A stretch of DNA of 64,000 bases from Yuukianura sp. NJ FZ-2021 (taxonomy: Eukaryota): assembly GCA_046563655.1 (NCBI GenBank), contig CM102290.1, positions 868,001 through 932,000 of the forward strand. The letters are read 5' to 3'. Below are positions 40,687 to 54,700 of this stretch, piece by piece (position 1 is the first letter of the stretch; every line of letters starts with the position of its first letter). Both the position numbers and the translations under genes were made by a program. Under the pieces are notes generated by a model that saw nothing but the letters and a program-made list of their open reading frames with translations, made no database searches and had not been told where the DNA came from.

Positions 40687-43600
40687 CTAGTCCGACAGCC
40701 CCGCGACTAATTTCTGGCACATACAGTAGTTCCTGAGGTTATAGTCATGGACGCAGTCGCTCTGCCCAGCATAACTGTTGATTCGACTGACACTATTCAG
40801 AATAGTTTGAGTTCCATTTTGAAAAATTCGAATCCTGGCTTCGAAGTGTCCGTTCCCTGGTTTTGCTTCAAATGCCAAAATGTAGTCTTGGAATCGAACT
40901 AATTTCCCAAAGTTATTCCATGCATCACCCGGCAAAAGTTCTCGGGCGTAGAGAACTTTGGATAATCTGAGCGTATGGCATAGGCTGTTGTTTATGACAG
41001 ACTTTAAGTGATGAGAGTTGATGTACGTAATAACAAATTTGGCAAGTTGCTTGGAGTTTTCAGATGTTTTGTCAACTGCAGGCGTAACTCCACAACGACA
41101 GTAGAGTTGTGGAATTCCAGAACTTTCACAGGAGCGGTTGATTGGCGTGGATTCGAAAAAGGAGTAGTGGCGTCTGAAAGTCGCGTTGCGCCAAAGGTCA
41201 AACACGGTTTCATAACCGTTGTCTCCGGAGACTGTGGTTTGAACTATGGCGCGGTTTGGCTTTGAATCATTCAAGGTTGCTAGATCCAAAATGTCTTTCA
41301 GCGTTTCGTAAAGGTCAAGCGGCGAGGTAAGACGATAACTGTTTTCCTTTAGGTTTTCATACCACTGGGGAAATTGTTGCTTGAGATCTGGTGGCATTCG
41401 GACGAAGAAGAATGGTAAACTCTCCTCATAGAATCCTATGAACGTTTCACGAAATGGTCCGAATCGGTAGCCATGATCCGAAATGAACAAAATGAGTGTG
41501 TTGTTTCCTCCATAGGATTCCTTTTCGACGGCGTCCTTGAGAAGATCCCGAAACTCGCGGTCTTGTGTCTAAATCAAATCAGACAAAAAAGAAAATCATT
41601 CAATTTGAGAGCTAAGGACACTTTGATTTATTCTATCTACTGTCTAGTTAAAATCAACATTTTCTCTCGGGACTGGCAGCATCTTATGAATTATTGATGA
41701 CGTTTTGGTGCGGATGGATTGAGTAATCCGAAGGTACATTTCACAATATTTTCACTTTATGAAATCCTTGATTTGAATTTCCTTGGAAAAGCTTTGGAGA
41801 GATTGTTTACTGCGGAAGTCCTTGAGACCAGTGTTGCTGGATATCTACTTTTTCGACATTTCATCCACGACTGGATATCCAGTGGACGAAATGGATGAAA
41901 CTAAAGGAGCGGAGCTTGACCCGCAGCGTTTGAATTAATTCAAAACAAAAAGCTAAGAAAAATGAAAATACAGTGCAAAAACGAAGTAAATATCATTTTC
42001 AATTAAGTTTTCAATATACAATTAATTTTAAGGGTGAAAGAAAAACTTATTATTATTTTATAATTTAAAATTTCAAGCTTTTGAATTTCGCGCTTTGATT
42101 TTTTCCATCCAGCAAGAGTTTCGTCCATTTGGGGCACATTTCTTCCAGTGGATATCCACTGGAAGTGGCAATTAGGCCACTGGACGCTTGAGCATCCAGC
42201 AATCCAGTTTGTTTCCGAAAGAAAAAATTGCATCTTAAAGTTAACTTCAGAAATTTCGTGGTACATTTGGCTACTTAATTTGACCTACGACACACAGACT
42301 TGAAGATTATGCTGATGACCAACCTGAAGTTGATTGAAGTTGTCGTGGGCCAGGGACGTGAACCAAGAGAAAAGGAAGTATGGGTACTTGTTTGCATGTG
42401 TTGAAACTAATCTCCTTATGTAATTAATTTCGTAGTCAGTAGGATTCATCCCATCACCGTAGCATGAAGTAGCTCCAGAATTCTGTTTTCGTTTCTCATG
42501 AAGATGTGCTGCTGCCATGATCGTTCGGAGGTAGTGGTCAGTTGGTTGCTCGACGAACCCTGTTTTTTCATAATTAAAAGCACCAATTCCAGGCGCATCT
42601 TCTACAAAAGCCGTCATGTACCCAGCAGAACTAAAGTTTTTCCATATAAATGGACAGTCGTCAAGCTTAAACTTCGCTCCTCCCCAGCATTGTTTGTACT
42701 TTAGACTGCTCTCCATTCCACCAATAGCGGCCATGAAGTTTGGAAAAGTATTTTCGCCTACTCTGGTGTATCCTTTCATTTCAATAAAGTCATGTGCTTC
42801 CAAGTACTTTTTGGTTAGAGGAAGTTGACGAATCATGTGCAATCGAGAAATGGAGTCAACTCCAACGATGAGAACATTCACTGGCAAGGGAGTCACTGCA
42901 GATTTTGATTTTTCTCTGAGTTTATCCCATTTCTTTGCTTTTTGAGCAGTGTCTTTTGAATGTAATGAAGGCGGGAGTATGACGGAGTCAAATTGAGTAC
43001 CAATGTCCAAGTCCTTGGCGTTGCGACATTCAATTTTGACAAAAGGCACATTGACTTTGGCTCCAGTTGAGTTCGAAATGGGCGTACATTTGTCAGAAAC
43101 ACTGAAAATCATTAGTACAACACAGGTCAAGATTTTTGGTCAATGTCAATCCATTGTTTAATGTTTTTGAACTTACGAAACTCCCCAGTCTGCATTCTTG
43201 TCATAAGCCATGGGTGACTGTGCAATTCTAGTTACAGTTCTGTAGCAACATTTGGCCCCTACGTACTTCCAATTTTTAGCAACTGCATTGTTAAACACCA
43301 AAGTCTAAAAATAAAGTTGCAACAATGAATTATTCAAACGTGACAATAATTGACAAGTAAACACGTCAATTTCGAACACATGAATTGTTTCTGTTCAAAG
43401 TTTTTGAAATGTTGTTCAACTCACTTCAGCCTTAAGCGAAATCAGGCCCTTCTTGCATTTTCTTTTGGATAATTTCTTGAAAAACTTGGCCACTGATGGG
43501 TCTAAGGGATTCATGTCCAAAATCTTGCACATACGAGTGTCCACAAGGTACGGCAACGACTTTCCCCTGCAAAACATAAGGAACAGTTTTCCATTATTTC

Positions 43601-45405
43601 AACTTCTTTATTTTTTAACTTTAGTTTACATCTTAGTTCTTAGAAATTGACATTTAAGATTGTCATCTTAAAAAAAACATTTTAAAATCAAAATACCACA
43701 CTTCTGCTGGCACATCTTTTCATCTAGCGTCATAAGTTCCAATTTCTTGCTACAACAAAATTTAACTCAGAAACTTTCCATGTAACAATGCTAATTTTTG
43801 CAGGAATTGAGTCAAAAACGAGACTTGTAGTTGAGGAACCTTTGAATTTAGAAACGGGAGACAAATTCGGCATTTATTGCGGAACAAAAGAAATTGAATT
43901 CGCCAAATGTCATGATATTTTTCTCTGTGTTGCTTGAGCTACTTCACGGTTGTTTAAGTTGAATTTTTGTTTGTTTTTTCTTGACAGGTTATACCATAAC
44001 TCTTTTTTTTTTTTCAAATTTCATGTTTTTTGAACTGCATATCTGACGAAGCTCCGTTGCATTAAATTCGAAACCAAAACTATGACTAATAAGCAACGTG
44101 AAAATTTTTAAAAAAATCGACAGGTTATTGTAAAAATTAACAAAGTGGGTACAGAAGTTGTTTTTTTTTTCTCGTGGTTTTAAAAAAGTTGGAGTTATGA
44201 CATAACCTGTTAGCGTAGTTGTATAAATTGGAGGTATAGTAACCTTGCGCTACTTGGTAGAATAAAAGTTTCATGTTAACCAAGTAACAGTCACCACTGT
44301 AACAGCAGCAGTTTGTGTCTTTCCAATTGTGAAAGTGTGTTCAAAATATGAAACTAAAAGTGTCGGTTCAGCATCTGTGGGATCAAGTTAACAGTCCAAT
44401 GGACTCTTAACTTTCACAAAACAATTGACTAACCACTCTTATTCTATTCGGAAGTAGAACCGTACGTCGGGACATAATAATATGTGCTTCCGGTGTTGTT
44501 TCTTTTTTAAAAACATGTCAACATGATGTTTCCAATAATCTATTTTGTTCGAGTCCACTCCCACCGAATTCTTGTGGTCATTCTATCTTCATTGTAACGT
44601 TTGTTTTCCTATATTGCGGTTCATACGCGAACGGTAGAAGATGCTAATTGGAATGGGTGAAGGAAAATGTTGCAAGAAGGTATAAAGTGCAGTTTACATA
44701 ATTCTAACAATGCGGAGAATAATTAACGGGAGCTAATAACAAACCTCTTTTGTTACTAAATACACACCCAGTAATTACTTAAATTTTGTTCCCTAGAACA
44801 GGTTGCGTGATAATTTTGACTTTAAATTCATCGCCATGACGGTACCCCATTTGTTTGGAATACTTTTGAGAGATTTCCAAGGTCCAGCGCCTTGGTCCAC
44901 CCACACTGGGGATGTTGTTTTCAAAGACGATTCGCGTTTCAAGGGAAACAATTAACTATTTATCGGCGTATAACGCGCAGTTGCGTATAATGCGCACTGA
45001 ATTATCATTTCCAATCTCTACAATAATGAGAAATTTGCGAATTGAAATTTCTGAATTTGGAGATTTCCAACGGAAATGAAAAAGAGATTGACTTGTCAAG
45101 TTTAAAAATCAAATTCAGACAAAGTTTGTATCTTGTACATAGAAACCTAAACATTCAAGAGAAATATTAGATGCTGTACTAAAAAAAGGAAAGTTGAATG
45201 CAACTTACCAAAAATGTTGAAAACATGGAAAATGCTGGCAAAAGTTAACTGTAGCGTCCAACTTCGTACTGACAATTTCCCATTGATTTTGTATTCCACT
45301 TCCAACAAATTCGTAGAGCGGCGTTACATAGAACAGTACCACGAATAGGAAGCCGAGTATTAGGAACGGCCTGCGTCGAATACGTCCATTCGCACGATTT
45401 TCCAT
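40687..45405 (-). CDS. DUF229 family protein (alkaline phosphatase/sulfatase superfamily), type II membrane anchor, ~708 aa
   Basis: Exons 45405-45209, 43566-43425, 43304-43177, 43101-42324, 41568-40687 are in frame. Motifs NVLIVGVDSISRL, GYTRVGENTFPN, CPFIWKNF, AHDNFN, FISDHGYRFG..GFYEESLP, LTSPLDLYETL, SRINSYAGQSDC are typical of DUF229. Confidence 0.93.
41829..42206 (+). mobile_element. MITE family A in DUF229 intron 4 (hAT-like)
   Basis: Begins CAGTGTTGCTGGAT and ends with a degenerate inverted atccagcaatccag. Has repeated tggatatcca palindromes, including a perfect 24-bp palindrome at 42142-42165. A second copy is at ~20375-20534. No clear TSD. Confidence 0.65.
43945..44247 (+). mobile_element. 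MITE family B copy 1 (non-autonomous hAT-like) in DUF229 intron 1
   Basis: Termini cacggttg...taaccttg; inner inverted repeat acaggttataccata...tatgacataacctgt; flanking 8-mers agctactt / cgctactt (7/8 match). Homologous to 46957-47200. Confidence 0.8.
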
Positions 45406-46956
45406 TTTGAGCTTTTACGTTGCAAAGGTTGACTTCTGGGGGTTTAAGCTAGGCCAACCTCACGTTTTCGACAATTTCACGGCAGACTTGAGTCTTGCCG
45501 CTAAAATTTCAGTAATGTTTTTGTTAAATATCACAATTGTTAAAAGTCAGCTTACCACGTAAGACAATGTCACTTTAACGTTACCGTATTTTAGTCCACG
45601 TGCCAATTGTTATATAATTGTAAACTTGCTTATTTCCATTTTAACAGTTTAATAATTAGGAATGTTTCAAATTATAGCGTTTCAAATTTGAAGTCCGCTT
45701 CCGGAAGTGGACCTTTGAAGATGTCCATTTAGAAGGTTTAGTAAACACACATTTGGTAAAATTTTCAATTGGATCGTAGAGTTTTTATCATGTGCGAATC
45801 TCAATTTGTCACAGAATGTATTTTTTTTTAACAAAGAACACTATTAGTTTATGGTTGGTTGCCAAACCGTTGTCTTAGGAAAGAAACTTTAACTTGAAAT
45901 TCAGTTTTGTTGCTATATTTTCAGTGGATACTTTCCCCAAATTCCAAAGGTCAAATGCCGAGGTCAATTTTACCCGGGTCACAAAATGCGTTAAAGTACA
46001 CGTTAATCCCCCAGTGTTCCTCCTTGAGCAATAGCCAAGGCACTCAGGAAGGCGCCTCACTTTGAACTAACAATAAAATGGAGACATGTTTACAGTCTCA
46101 CCAACACACGTTGACGATTAGCGTAGAACAACTAATAATCACAATTAAAAATATGAAAACAAGAATACAGTGTCCTGCCGCATTTTGCACAATTACCTAA
46201 CTGTTAAACGAAAGGTGTGACTAAAGGAACCATTTAATTACTGTAGAAAGTTTTTCTTAACACTCGGCATGCGCATTACAAGCACTTTTGGCTTGGACTT
46301 GTGACTCTTCTGCTCTAGTTTTCCCATCTTCTCCTCGGGAAGATGATGATGTTGACCTTGTCATGGCGTCACCATCTTCAAGCAAACGTAGTTGGTCAAG
46401 TCAACACAATTTAAAAAACAGTGACCAACTACTTATTTAAATTCCAATCCATTAAGAGATGAGCTAGCACAAGCTTTTGGCTTTTGCACAACGGAAGTCA
46501 GCACTTAAAATTTAAGACTCAAATTGTAGCACAATTTGGACCCACTGTTACACAATTTGTTTCAAAGCCTAAACTTTGCACAAGGCACGTTTTTCCTGGT
46601 GACGAATCAGTTGAAAATGAGAATTCCTACCATCAAAATGTAAACCTGAGGATTTTAACGTTGTTCCCTTCTTCACTGCGACATCCAAAAGACTAAAAAC
46701 CGGTGCGACCAGAACCAAAGAACAAGATGAAACGAGTTTTTTGAAATGGCGAGCTTGCCCTTTCCGTGCTATCGTCCTGTTAAAAGCTACAGCAGTTAGA
46801 TGCCTAGGGTTTAGGCTGGGATTGCATTCCAACCTTTTTTTTCTCCGTATTTTTAGCATTTTAGCCCAAGGATTCGCCTCTCACCATTCAATATTGAGAT
46901 TAGAATGGCCTAAACATCTTAAAAACATAATGCTGAGAAGCTGAGGTGCTATGGAC

Positions 46957-47200
46957 CAAGGTTGTTTAAATCGAAATTTTGTTCTTTTTTCTTAACAGGT
47001 TATACCATACTTCTTTTTTCAAATTTTATGAACCGCGCATCTGACGTGAAAATTAAAACTATTCCACAGATTTTTGTGAAAATCAACAAAATTAATACAA
47101 AAGTTGTTTTTTTTTTTTGTGTGTTTTCAAGAAAAAAAATATCGGACTTATGGCACAACCTGTTAGCGCATTTGTATAAATGGGCGCTACAGCAACCTTG
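46957..47200 (+). mobile_element. MITE family B copy 2 (internally shorter)
   Basis: Perfect 8-bp TIR caaggttg...caaccttg; inner IR aacaggttataccata...tatggcacaacctgtt; flanks ctatggac / ctacggcc (6/8 match). Confidence 0.8.
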
Positions 47201-48548
47201 CTACGGCCTAAGTATCTTGTCTATGAACTGCATTTATAAGTGCTTCTTTTGCAAAAATTGTTTACAATATGTAAATTATCTTTCCTTAGGCGATTAAAAT
47301 TTAGAAAATTGGAGATTATAAGTTCACTAACCTTAAAGCTAAAGTTGCAATGTGTAACGTGCCCACACTCTTCTGTGTAAAACCCAAAAACTTGAATCTT
47401 CTCAGAATTTCTAAGCTAATGCACTTAATTTGCTAAATACAATACTGAAAATGATTAGAGTTGAAATCTTGCAAACTAAATAAATGTTCTTGTGTGGTTC
47501 GTCTGGACATTGTTTGTCCTAAACTACTGCAGAATCCTAAGAACTTTCAGCAGAAGCAACAACAATTGAGAAAGCAACTGAAGAACAAAAGAATCTAAAC
47601 ACTGGTTGCGTGTTAATACTATAAAAAATTGGGAACTGGGAATGAGGGGAAAATGTTTTCCAGATGGAGAAAATTGGAGAAAGAAGAAACAGAAGCCATA
47701 GAGAAATTCTTTGGAAATTGTCATCACGCTTTAGTTCTTGTATAACTTTCTTCTTTCTTTTTTCAAAAAGTTTTTCAACTTCTTTTAGGAAATAAATCAA
47801 TTTTTTTCATGTTATACCGAACAATGGGTAGAAATCCGACTTGGACTAGAATTTTGCCAGAAGTAACCAACCAAAATGAAACGAAACAAAGTACTACTTT
47901 CGTTTTAACTTTTGAAATACAGAAATAGTACCTATGTCCTTTTTCATATCGTTGCCGCTCTACCACTCTACTTCCATTTGGCTAATGGAAAAACGACACT
48001 TGCTGCAATGGAAACCCTATCTACACAATAGTTGTAACTCATTTTTCAGAAGGTCTTTTACCTCTGTGTTATTCGAAAGTTAAGAATTCTAGAAAGGGAC
48101 TTCAGTTTTTTAAAGCAAACAATCAACAATTCCTTGATGCGATCCTATTGATTTTTAAATCAATAACACGCTAGTTATTTTGACAGAACACGAAAGACGA
48201 GACTTTTAAAATATTTACCAAAAGAGCTCCTTAAAATAGCGTATACATCGTGGGAAAGGAACATCAACGTCTTAACGTCAAGCCTGTCATGTTAATAAGA
48301 TCATTAACCTCTTGGCTGGAACTCCAATCCATTCGCATAAAGTTAAATTCAAGACAAGTCACAATTGTGGCTTTTTGGGGCCTAGATTCAACAAAACTCG
48401 TTGTGAATTGTCTAAATAAAGTCAATGCTACGCGATAACAATTCAACCTTCCTGTAACGATTATTCAAATAAAAAAGTTAACGGAAAGAAGGAACAGCCA
48501 AATTTGTACTTTTTTTTGAAAAATTCTTTATCGTAATTACCAACCGGC

Positions 48549-48611
48549 GGCGGGCCAATTTCTGACGGTTGAGTATAAATGGGATTCAGTAGCAGTCAGA
48601 AATTGGCCGCC
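48549..48611. other. Strong hairpin about 130-190 nt downstream of the stop codon of the minus-strand gene (probable 3' UTR)
   Basis: Perfect 14-bp inverted repeat ggccaatttctgac (48553-48566) / gtcagaaattggcc (48595-48608), extendable by ggc/gcc outside and ttgagt/attcag inside. Confidence 0.75.
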
Positions 48612-48739
48612 CTCAAAAAGTATGGTGGATATTAGTAATCAAGTGAATTTGTTTTTGTTTCCGTATAATTAGTTTATAGTAACTTCATTGGAGTCACTGC
48701 CTCTTCCTCTCGACAAGATGGTTCTCAAAAAATCGATCC

Positions 48740-51700
48740 TCAGAGTCGGTGAACAGTCGCTCCACGCTCAATACGTTCGGCAAGTTTCTGAACATCTGAA
48801 AAAATACAAGCAGAAATTGTTAGAATGAAAATAATTTGTCATGCGTAGTACTAAACTCGACTCGTGACACTTGATTTCAATGTCTTTGTCATGTTATTGT
48901 CTCTAATACTAGTGTAAATGAAACACGTAACTTACAGTTGTCCATGTACTGTTGTCCCATCTTGGCGTGCTGCCCATTTTCCTCATTCTCTGTTGGCAAA
49001 AGATAGTATTGCCCAAGTGGGTTAGTATCCGGATTGACAAAGATGGCAACTTCCAAGACTGAGGGACCTTGCGAACGGTCTGGAGAAGGTGGGTTCACAA
49101 CTAGAGAGACTGGCACTCCTTGTTGATTTGTTAGAGATCTCGAATTTTGGTGATTAGATGGCATTTGCCGATGAGTTTGAGCATAGTGTTGACCAGAAGC
49201 AGATCCTGTGTTGCCTTGCCCGTGTGAGGCTTGGGATCCATACGAGTGCCCACCGGGAGAATTCATGTTATGACTGGAGCGAGAGTTGTTTCGATGATAT
49301 CCATAGTGACCGCCAGAATGAGCTGGCGTGTTGTAGCTATGGGACTGGTGACCAGAATTCTGACCAATGTATTGTTGAGATGCTGTACCATACTGTTGTT
49401 GACCCTGGTGGGGTTGCATCCCATAGTTTCCCATTTGGGGACTACAATTTATCGCTGCTTGATTGGATCGTGGTGTGTTTGTATTTCGATGATAATTGAA
49501 AGTCCCTGCACTGTGGACTTGAGAATTGTAGCTTTGTGGCTGGCCATGCACAGTGTTTTGTGTTGGAGATTGATACTGAGCCATATTCTGATTTCCACTG
49601 TATTGCTGCTGCGGAAGGGGCGGTGTATGTTTAAGCAGTACTGGTTGATATTGGAGGATTTGTTGCTGCTGTTGTTGAACAGCGGCGTTGTAAGGAGTTT
49701 GCTGGTGTTGCTGTTGCTGCAGAAGTTGTTGCTGCTGTAGAAGTTGTACGGGATGCTGTTGAGGAGTCAGGGTAAGCGGATTCATAAACGGTTGCGGAAT
49801 GCTTCCTGCACCTTGAGTTGGAATGGCTGTCATTATCGGGGCAGAGATTTGTTGAATAGGTTGCATATGTGGGCCAGGATAATACTGCACGACGCCGACG
49901 GGAACTGGCTGAGGCTGGATTGTTTGATAATAATTCGCACCTGAAATTTGGTAGCCTGCCCCTGGAAGAGACAGTGGCACGGACATCGGCAAGTAGTGGA
50001 TTGGTGGCGATTGCTGAGGAGACAAAACATAATTACTCATTCATTTATTTAGTCATGAACTTTTCTCTTGACTTAAAAACCCAAGTTAAGTTGTATTATA
50101 TTAAACTTACCCCTGATTGGGGATGTCGACCAAGAAGACTTGCATCGCCACCACCTTGTGTGGGTTGCTTCACTTGCTGTTGCACAAGTTCAGCATTTCT
50201 CACAGACTGGGAGACTTCATCCGGAACAAAGTGGTTCGTTGTAGAAATTGGACTGGGCTGAAGATCTTGGACATTTGGTACATGCGAAGATTCAGAATTA
50301 TTTGGGGTAACCTATTAACAAAAAATCAAATACCAAAAAAAATGCTCTGGTCATGACTATTATAGCAGGAATGAATTTTATGACTGAATAAGATTATCGC
50401 AGAATAGTACTAACGATTAGTCAGGAAGTATTACCAAGGGCGGCACGGCAGTTGCCAACTGGCTAAGGACATCAGTCACTCCAAACCCGAATTCAACGTT
50501 TACATTGGGCTTATGCAGTATATTTGCCTTATTCTCGAAGTTGACTCCGCAGAATTTGACAGCTTCCTCGCTCTTTACCGGGTTGCAGTCTGAAGTGGAA
50601 TCCGAGGAAAGAGATGCAGACTTGGAAAGTGGTTCACGATAACGATTTGCGAATGCTTTGGGTTCGGAGTCGTGTCTGGAAAATTGCGCACGGCGAGCCA
50701 TTGCCTCTTGTTGCGGCACAAATCCACCCCCATCCTTTCGCCGAGCCTGTTGGTCCTGTCGTCGTATTGGTGGGTCTGAGCGTCGTCCTACGTCTTGTCG
50801 TCGTTGTGGCTCAGGGTACTTGCGGATGTTGTATGATTGGGAGTTCTCCGAAGGATGCCTACGCATACCAATGTCTTGCTTCCTGGAAAAGTCCTGCCTG
50901 TAGTAAACATCTTTTTGACTTGAACACGGTACAGGCTCAGGATTTCCGGCATTTGGACTTGGAACAACTGGGGACTGTACTACTGGCATTTGAAGATCTG
51001 AAGGTGTAGGGACAGCAAGTTCTTGATTTGTGACCAACGGATCAACCTTGGCTTGGTTTTCCGTTCCTTTCGTAGGAATAGCTAAGGAAGGCGCAGCATT
51101 GAAAGCTGGATCCGATTTCGGAGGCTCTTCCTTTGACCAAGGTTCAGGCTTTACGAATTGCTTTGGTACCGGTGCCGTTTTTTGGGACTCTGGCTGTGGA
51201 GCAGGTTCTCGTTTCAGAAATTCTTGTTTGAACAACGACACATCTTGCTTTGGCACACTCTCATCTTTTACAATGGATCCCGGTTTTGGCGGTGTGTTCG
51301 CATCAGTCTCGGATGAATCGGTATCTGCCTTAGGATTTGATTCCGGATCGCTAAGGATTTGAGGACTGGTTTTCACGGCAAAATCTGCTTGTTGATTAGA
51401 ATCTTGTTTCGCCTTTTGGACGTCACTTCCTTTGAGACTTTTGTTCTTCTTACGATTTGTAACGGTAATGAATTCCGATGACGAATGGCTGCGCAAGGAT
51501 TCCAAGTTTGCTACGCACTGAGCCGAAAGATCAAGACAAGCAGTCGTGTTGCTGTTCGATTCCTTCTCGTCCGGCTTGTTGTCAAGTAAGTTTGAAGAAA
51601 CCGAACGCGTCTCAATCGAAGGATTCACGTCTGCTCCTAACGTATTTTCGTCCAGAGAGTGAGACTTCGATAAGGTTTCTTTTCTCTTTGTCTTCTTCTT

Positions 51701-54700
51701 CGGCTTCTTGTTGATCTTAAAAATTCAAAATTACCATATGATTTTTTCAATATTTAAATTAATAACTTAATAACAAACGAACGAGAAGGAGAGCTATTCT
51801 TGCTCTTCTCCTGCACGCTCACATTTGCATCAGCAGAAATGAAAAATATTTCAACGAGCAAATTGTCTGAAATCTGAATTGTTAGATCAGATTAGCTTAG
51901 TGTAAGTGTTCGTCAGTTGGAGTTAGTAGATTCTTGATTTGCATTGGTGTGAAAGAGTCAAAAGGAAACTTACAGTCTGTGTTGACTTCTCGGGTTCCCC
52001 GGTAATATATGAAACCAAGTCGTCGAGATTTTCGTAACGTTCTCCAATGTACGGTGCTCGTTCCGACGGTGTCAAAATGGTTTCTTTGGGCTAAAGAGAA
52101 GTAAGTTACTGTTAGCAATTCAAATCATCCTCTGACTTGATTAAATTGAATGACAAAAAGAGATTCTCCAGATTCCATTCGTTTAGTATAACCTTCTTAT
52201 TTCGAGATCCACCGTGAGTTCCTTGTCGTCTCGTTACGTTTAGTGAAGCAGACGCAGTTTCTCCATGAACAGGAGTCCCAGAGCGACTCTTCAATGAAAA
52301 TAAACAAAGTTTAAGAATTACACAATGTGATTATAGTTAATTAAGTCATACTAATACATTAACCACTTACGCTTCTAGGAGAAATTCTGTGTGGTCTGTA
52401 CGATACGAATTCCGAAGGAGCTCCGCCTAACCCTTGGACAGTATACTCATTTCGCTGGAGACTTCTGAAATCATAAGAACTGTCTTTCAATTATAACACT
52501 CTGAAACAATATAAATCGGATTTCGATACATACTGCTATAAATCAAACTTAATTCACTCACGATCTAATGAAGTTGATCATGTCATTCGACTATAAAACT
52601 ACTAATCCCTTGCTAAGATTCAACACAAAAGCTAACACCTCTCCTTAAGATACAAATTAGCGCTATTAATTAGACGTCAAATACTAGAAGGACGGCCGGA
52701 GAACTGCTTAAATTAGAACGTTAGAGGACAACCCACACTCAGGGAATGATGACTTCTGCTGGGGTAGGCAGTAGTTACACTAAATTCTATCCACATGTGT
52801 ACTAATATAATGCATTTTAGAATTTCCTTTCATTTTATGCCTAACTTTTGTGTCCTGTATTGAATGAATAATCGCGTGCGACATTAGATTGACTCTATTC
52901 ATTTGCTTAAACTGCGCTAATGCATGTTAATTCCCATTGACCTATGTTAAATGCCTACCGGGTTTTCCAGTGCCGACGCCTCATGCCTGCCAAGACCTTA
53001 TTTATTCTGGTATTCCTATCACCACCTCGTATTAGGATAATACGGTTTGTCGTTGCAGGCACCACTACAACTGCTTGGTAACTTGCGTAATCAATTTCAA
53101 TGACTTCTCCCATACTACTAATTCAACGTTAGTTGTTATTAACTTCAACTTCAATGCCAAATATTCAAATTAGTGTGAAATCTTTCAAAAACGAAACTGA
53201 AAACACTGATAAGTCGAATAGACTTCTTCCTTTTGGAATGTGTGCTTGTTGCACTCGGGACCGCCAATAGAAACATCACAGCGCGGCTTTCGTCGTTAGG
53301 GACTTTAAATACTACGTCCTAGTGTCCAGAGAACATAGGAAAAAGAAGAAATAAGGGCGCGTTTCAGGCGGAGGGAGAATTTAAAGCTCAAGTTGGTGTA
53401 AAAGATACTGCCGAGGAATATAATATGACTATAAATTAACAACAAAGACCATGGTTGCCAATATCCACCTAACAGTTAACTTTACTTACTACGATTTTCC
53501 CCTTATAGCAGCTTTCCCTCATTTTTATAACTTTTTCTACTATCAGGAGAAAATGATAGTCAACTCCAAGTTATTTAGGCTCCAAGCAACCGCTGTAAAA
53601 ACGTTACGACAGAAAATTGATTTGGACACTTCTTCCGGGATGGTTTCATTTGGAAAGACGTACATAAATTAGTGTACGTTTGACCAACATTTTGTACGTT
53701 TGTTTTCGCGCTTCCGCCTATAGAAATGAAGAACACCGAACAACGACGATAGAGAGTTTTTTTTACCCTGAGTTAGATGTGGCTGGAATTGAATGAAGTT
53801 GAGGATCGTCTGGAGAATCGTCACCTTCGGCAGTGATTTCTTCCGATGCTGACGATGCGAAAGTTAATAGTCTAAGTTGGGAGTTCACAGGACCAGGCAC
53901 AGGCTCGCTAAGGGCATCTACAAAAAGGTTAGATGGAATTAGTAAGTACATTACGGACAACTGAAATACTTAGAAAAGAATAAAGTAATTTCTTTAGGTA
54001 AGTCGCTTATGAAATGACAGACGAACTAAATAAGTGTCCAGTAGCGACGAAGCAATTGCAATACGCTGCTGAGTATGAGACTTTACTAATAGCGTAGGGA
54101 TGAATGTTTATATCTCACCGTCGTCATCTTGTCCAGCAGTCCGGGCATTAAAAAAGTAAGGCGAGGGCAGCGTGGCCGTTGCTGTGACCTCAACGTGGTT
54201 CTGGACGACAGGCTTCGGGGCTGGTGGTCGCTTGAGATTAAAATTAACACTTATACTGGATGATGTTGTAGGGGTAGTCACAACGGACGACCTGGTCGTG
54301 GCAGAACTTTGAAGTGGTTGTGAATGATACCGATACTGCCGGCTAGTGAGGGGGGCCGTGGCAGTGAAAGTCGTGGAGTAGGATGTCGTGTTGGGACTAC
54401 TGCGATTGCTATTCGCACTTGTTCTGGGGATTGACGTCGCATCTTCTTCCTGACTACGTGAAGACGGCGTCGAAGAGTAGAAAGAAGATGGCGTGTAGAG
54501 ATGGTGATGACTATTGTTTACCATCGTGATGCAATTGGCATGTAGAGGGTTCTGACTATTGTAGGGTACGGGCTCAGGGTGGTCCCCTGAAGCTCCAGTC
54601 GACTGCAACGAGGTACTTGTACAGTTTGTGTTGTTAACGGAACTATAATTATTGTTACTACTAAAGCTTGAATTTAGATGCGGCGGATGATGAGTATTAT

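Noticed and set aside
49158..51714. Plus-strand ORFs of 110-170 aa opposite the Q-rich gene
   Set aside because: Antisense shadows (poly-L/C/V from CAG/CAA runs) with no independent gene signals.
52426..52474. Apparent ATG start (MISEVSSEMSILSKG*) for the 48.7-52 kb ORFs
   Set aside because: It hits a stop after 15 codons. A different frame of the same stretch works as an internal exon (52464-52371) with matching phases.
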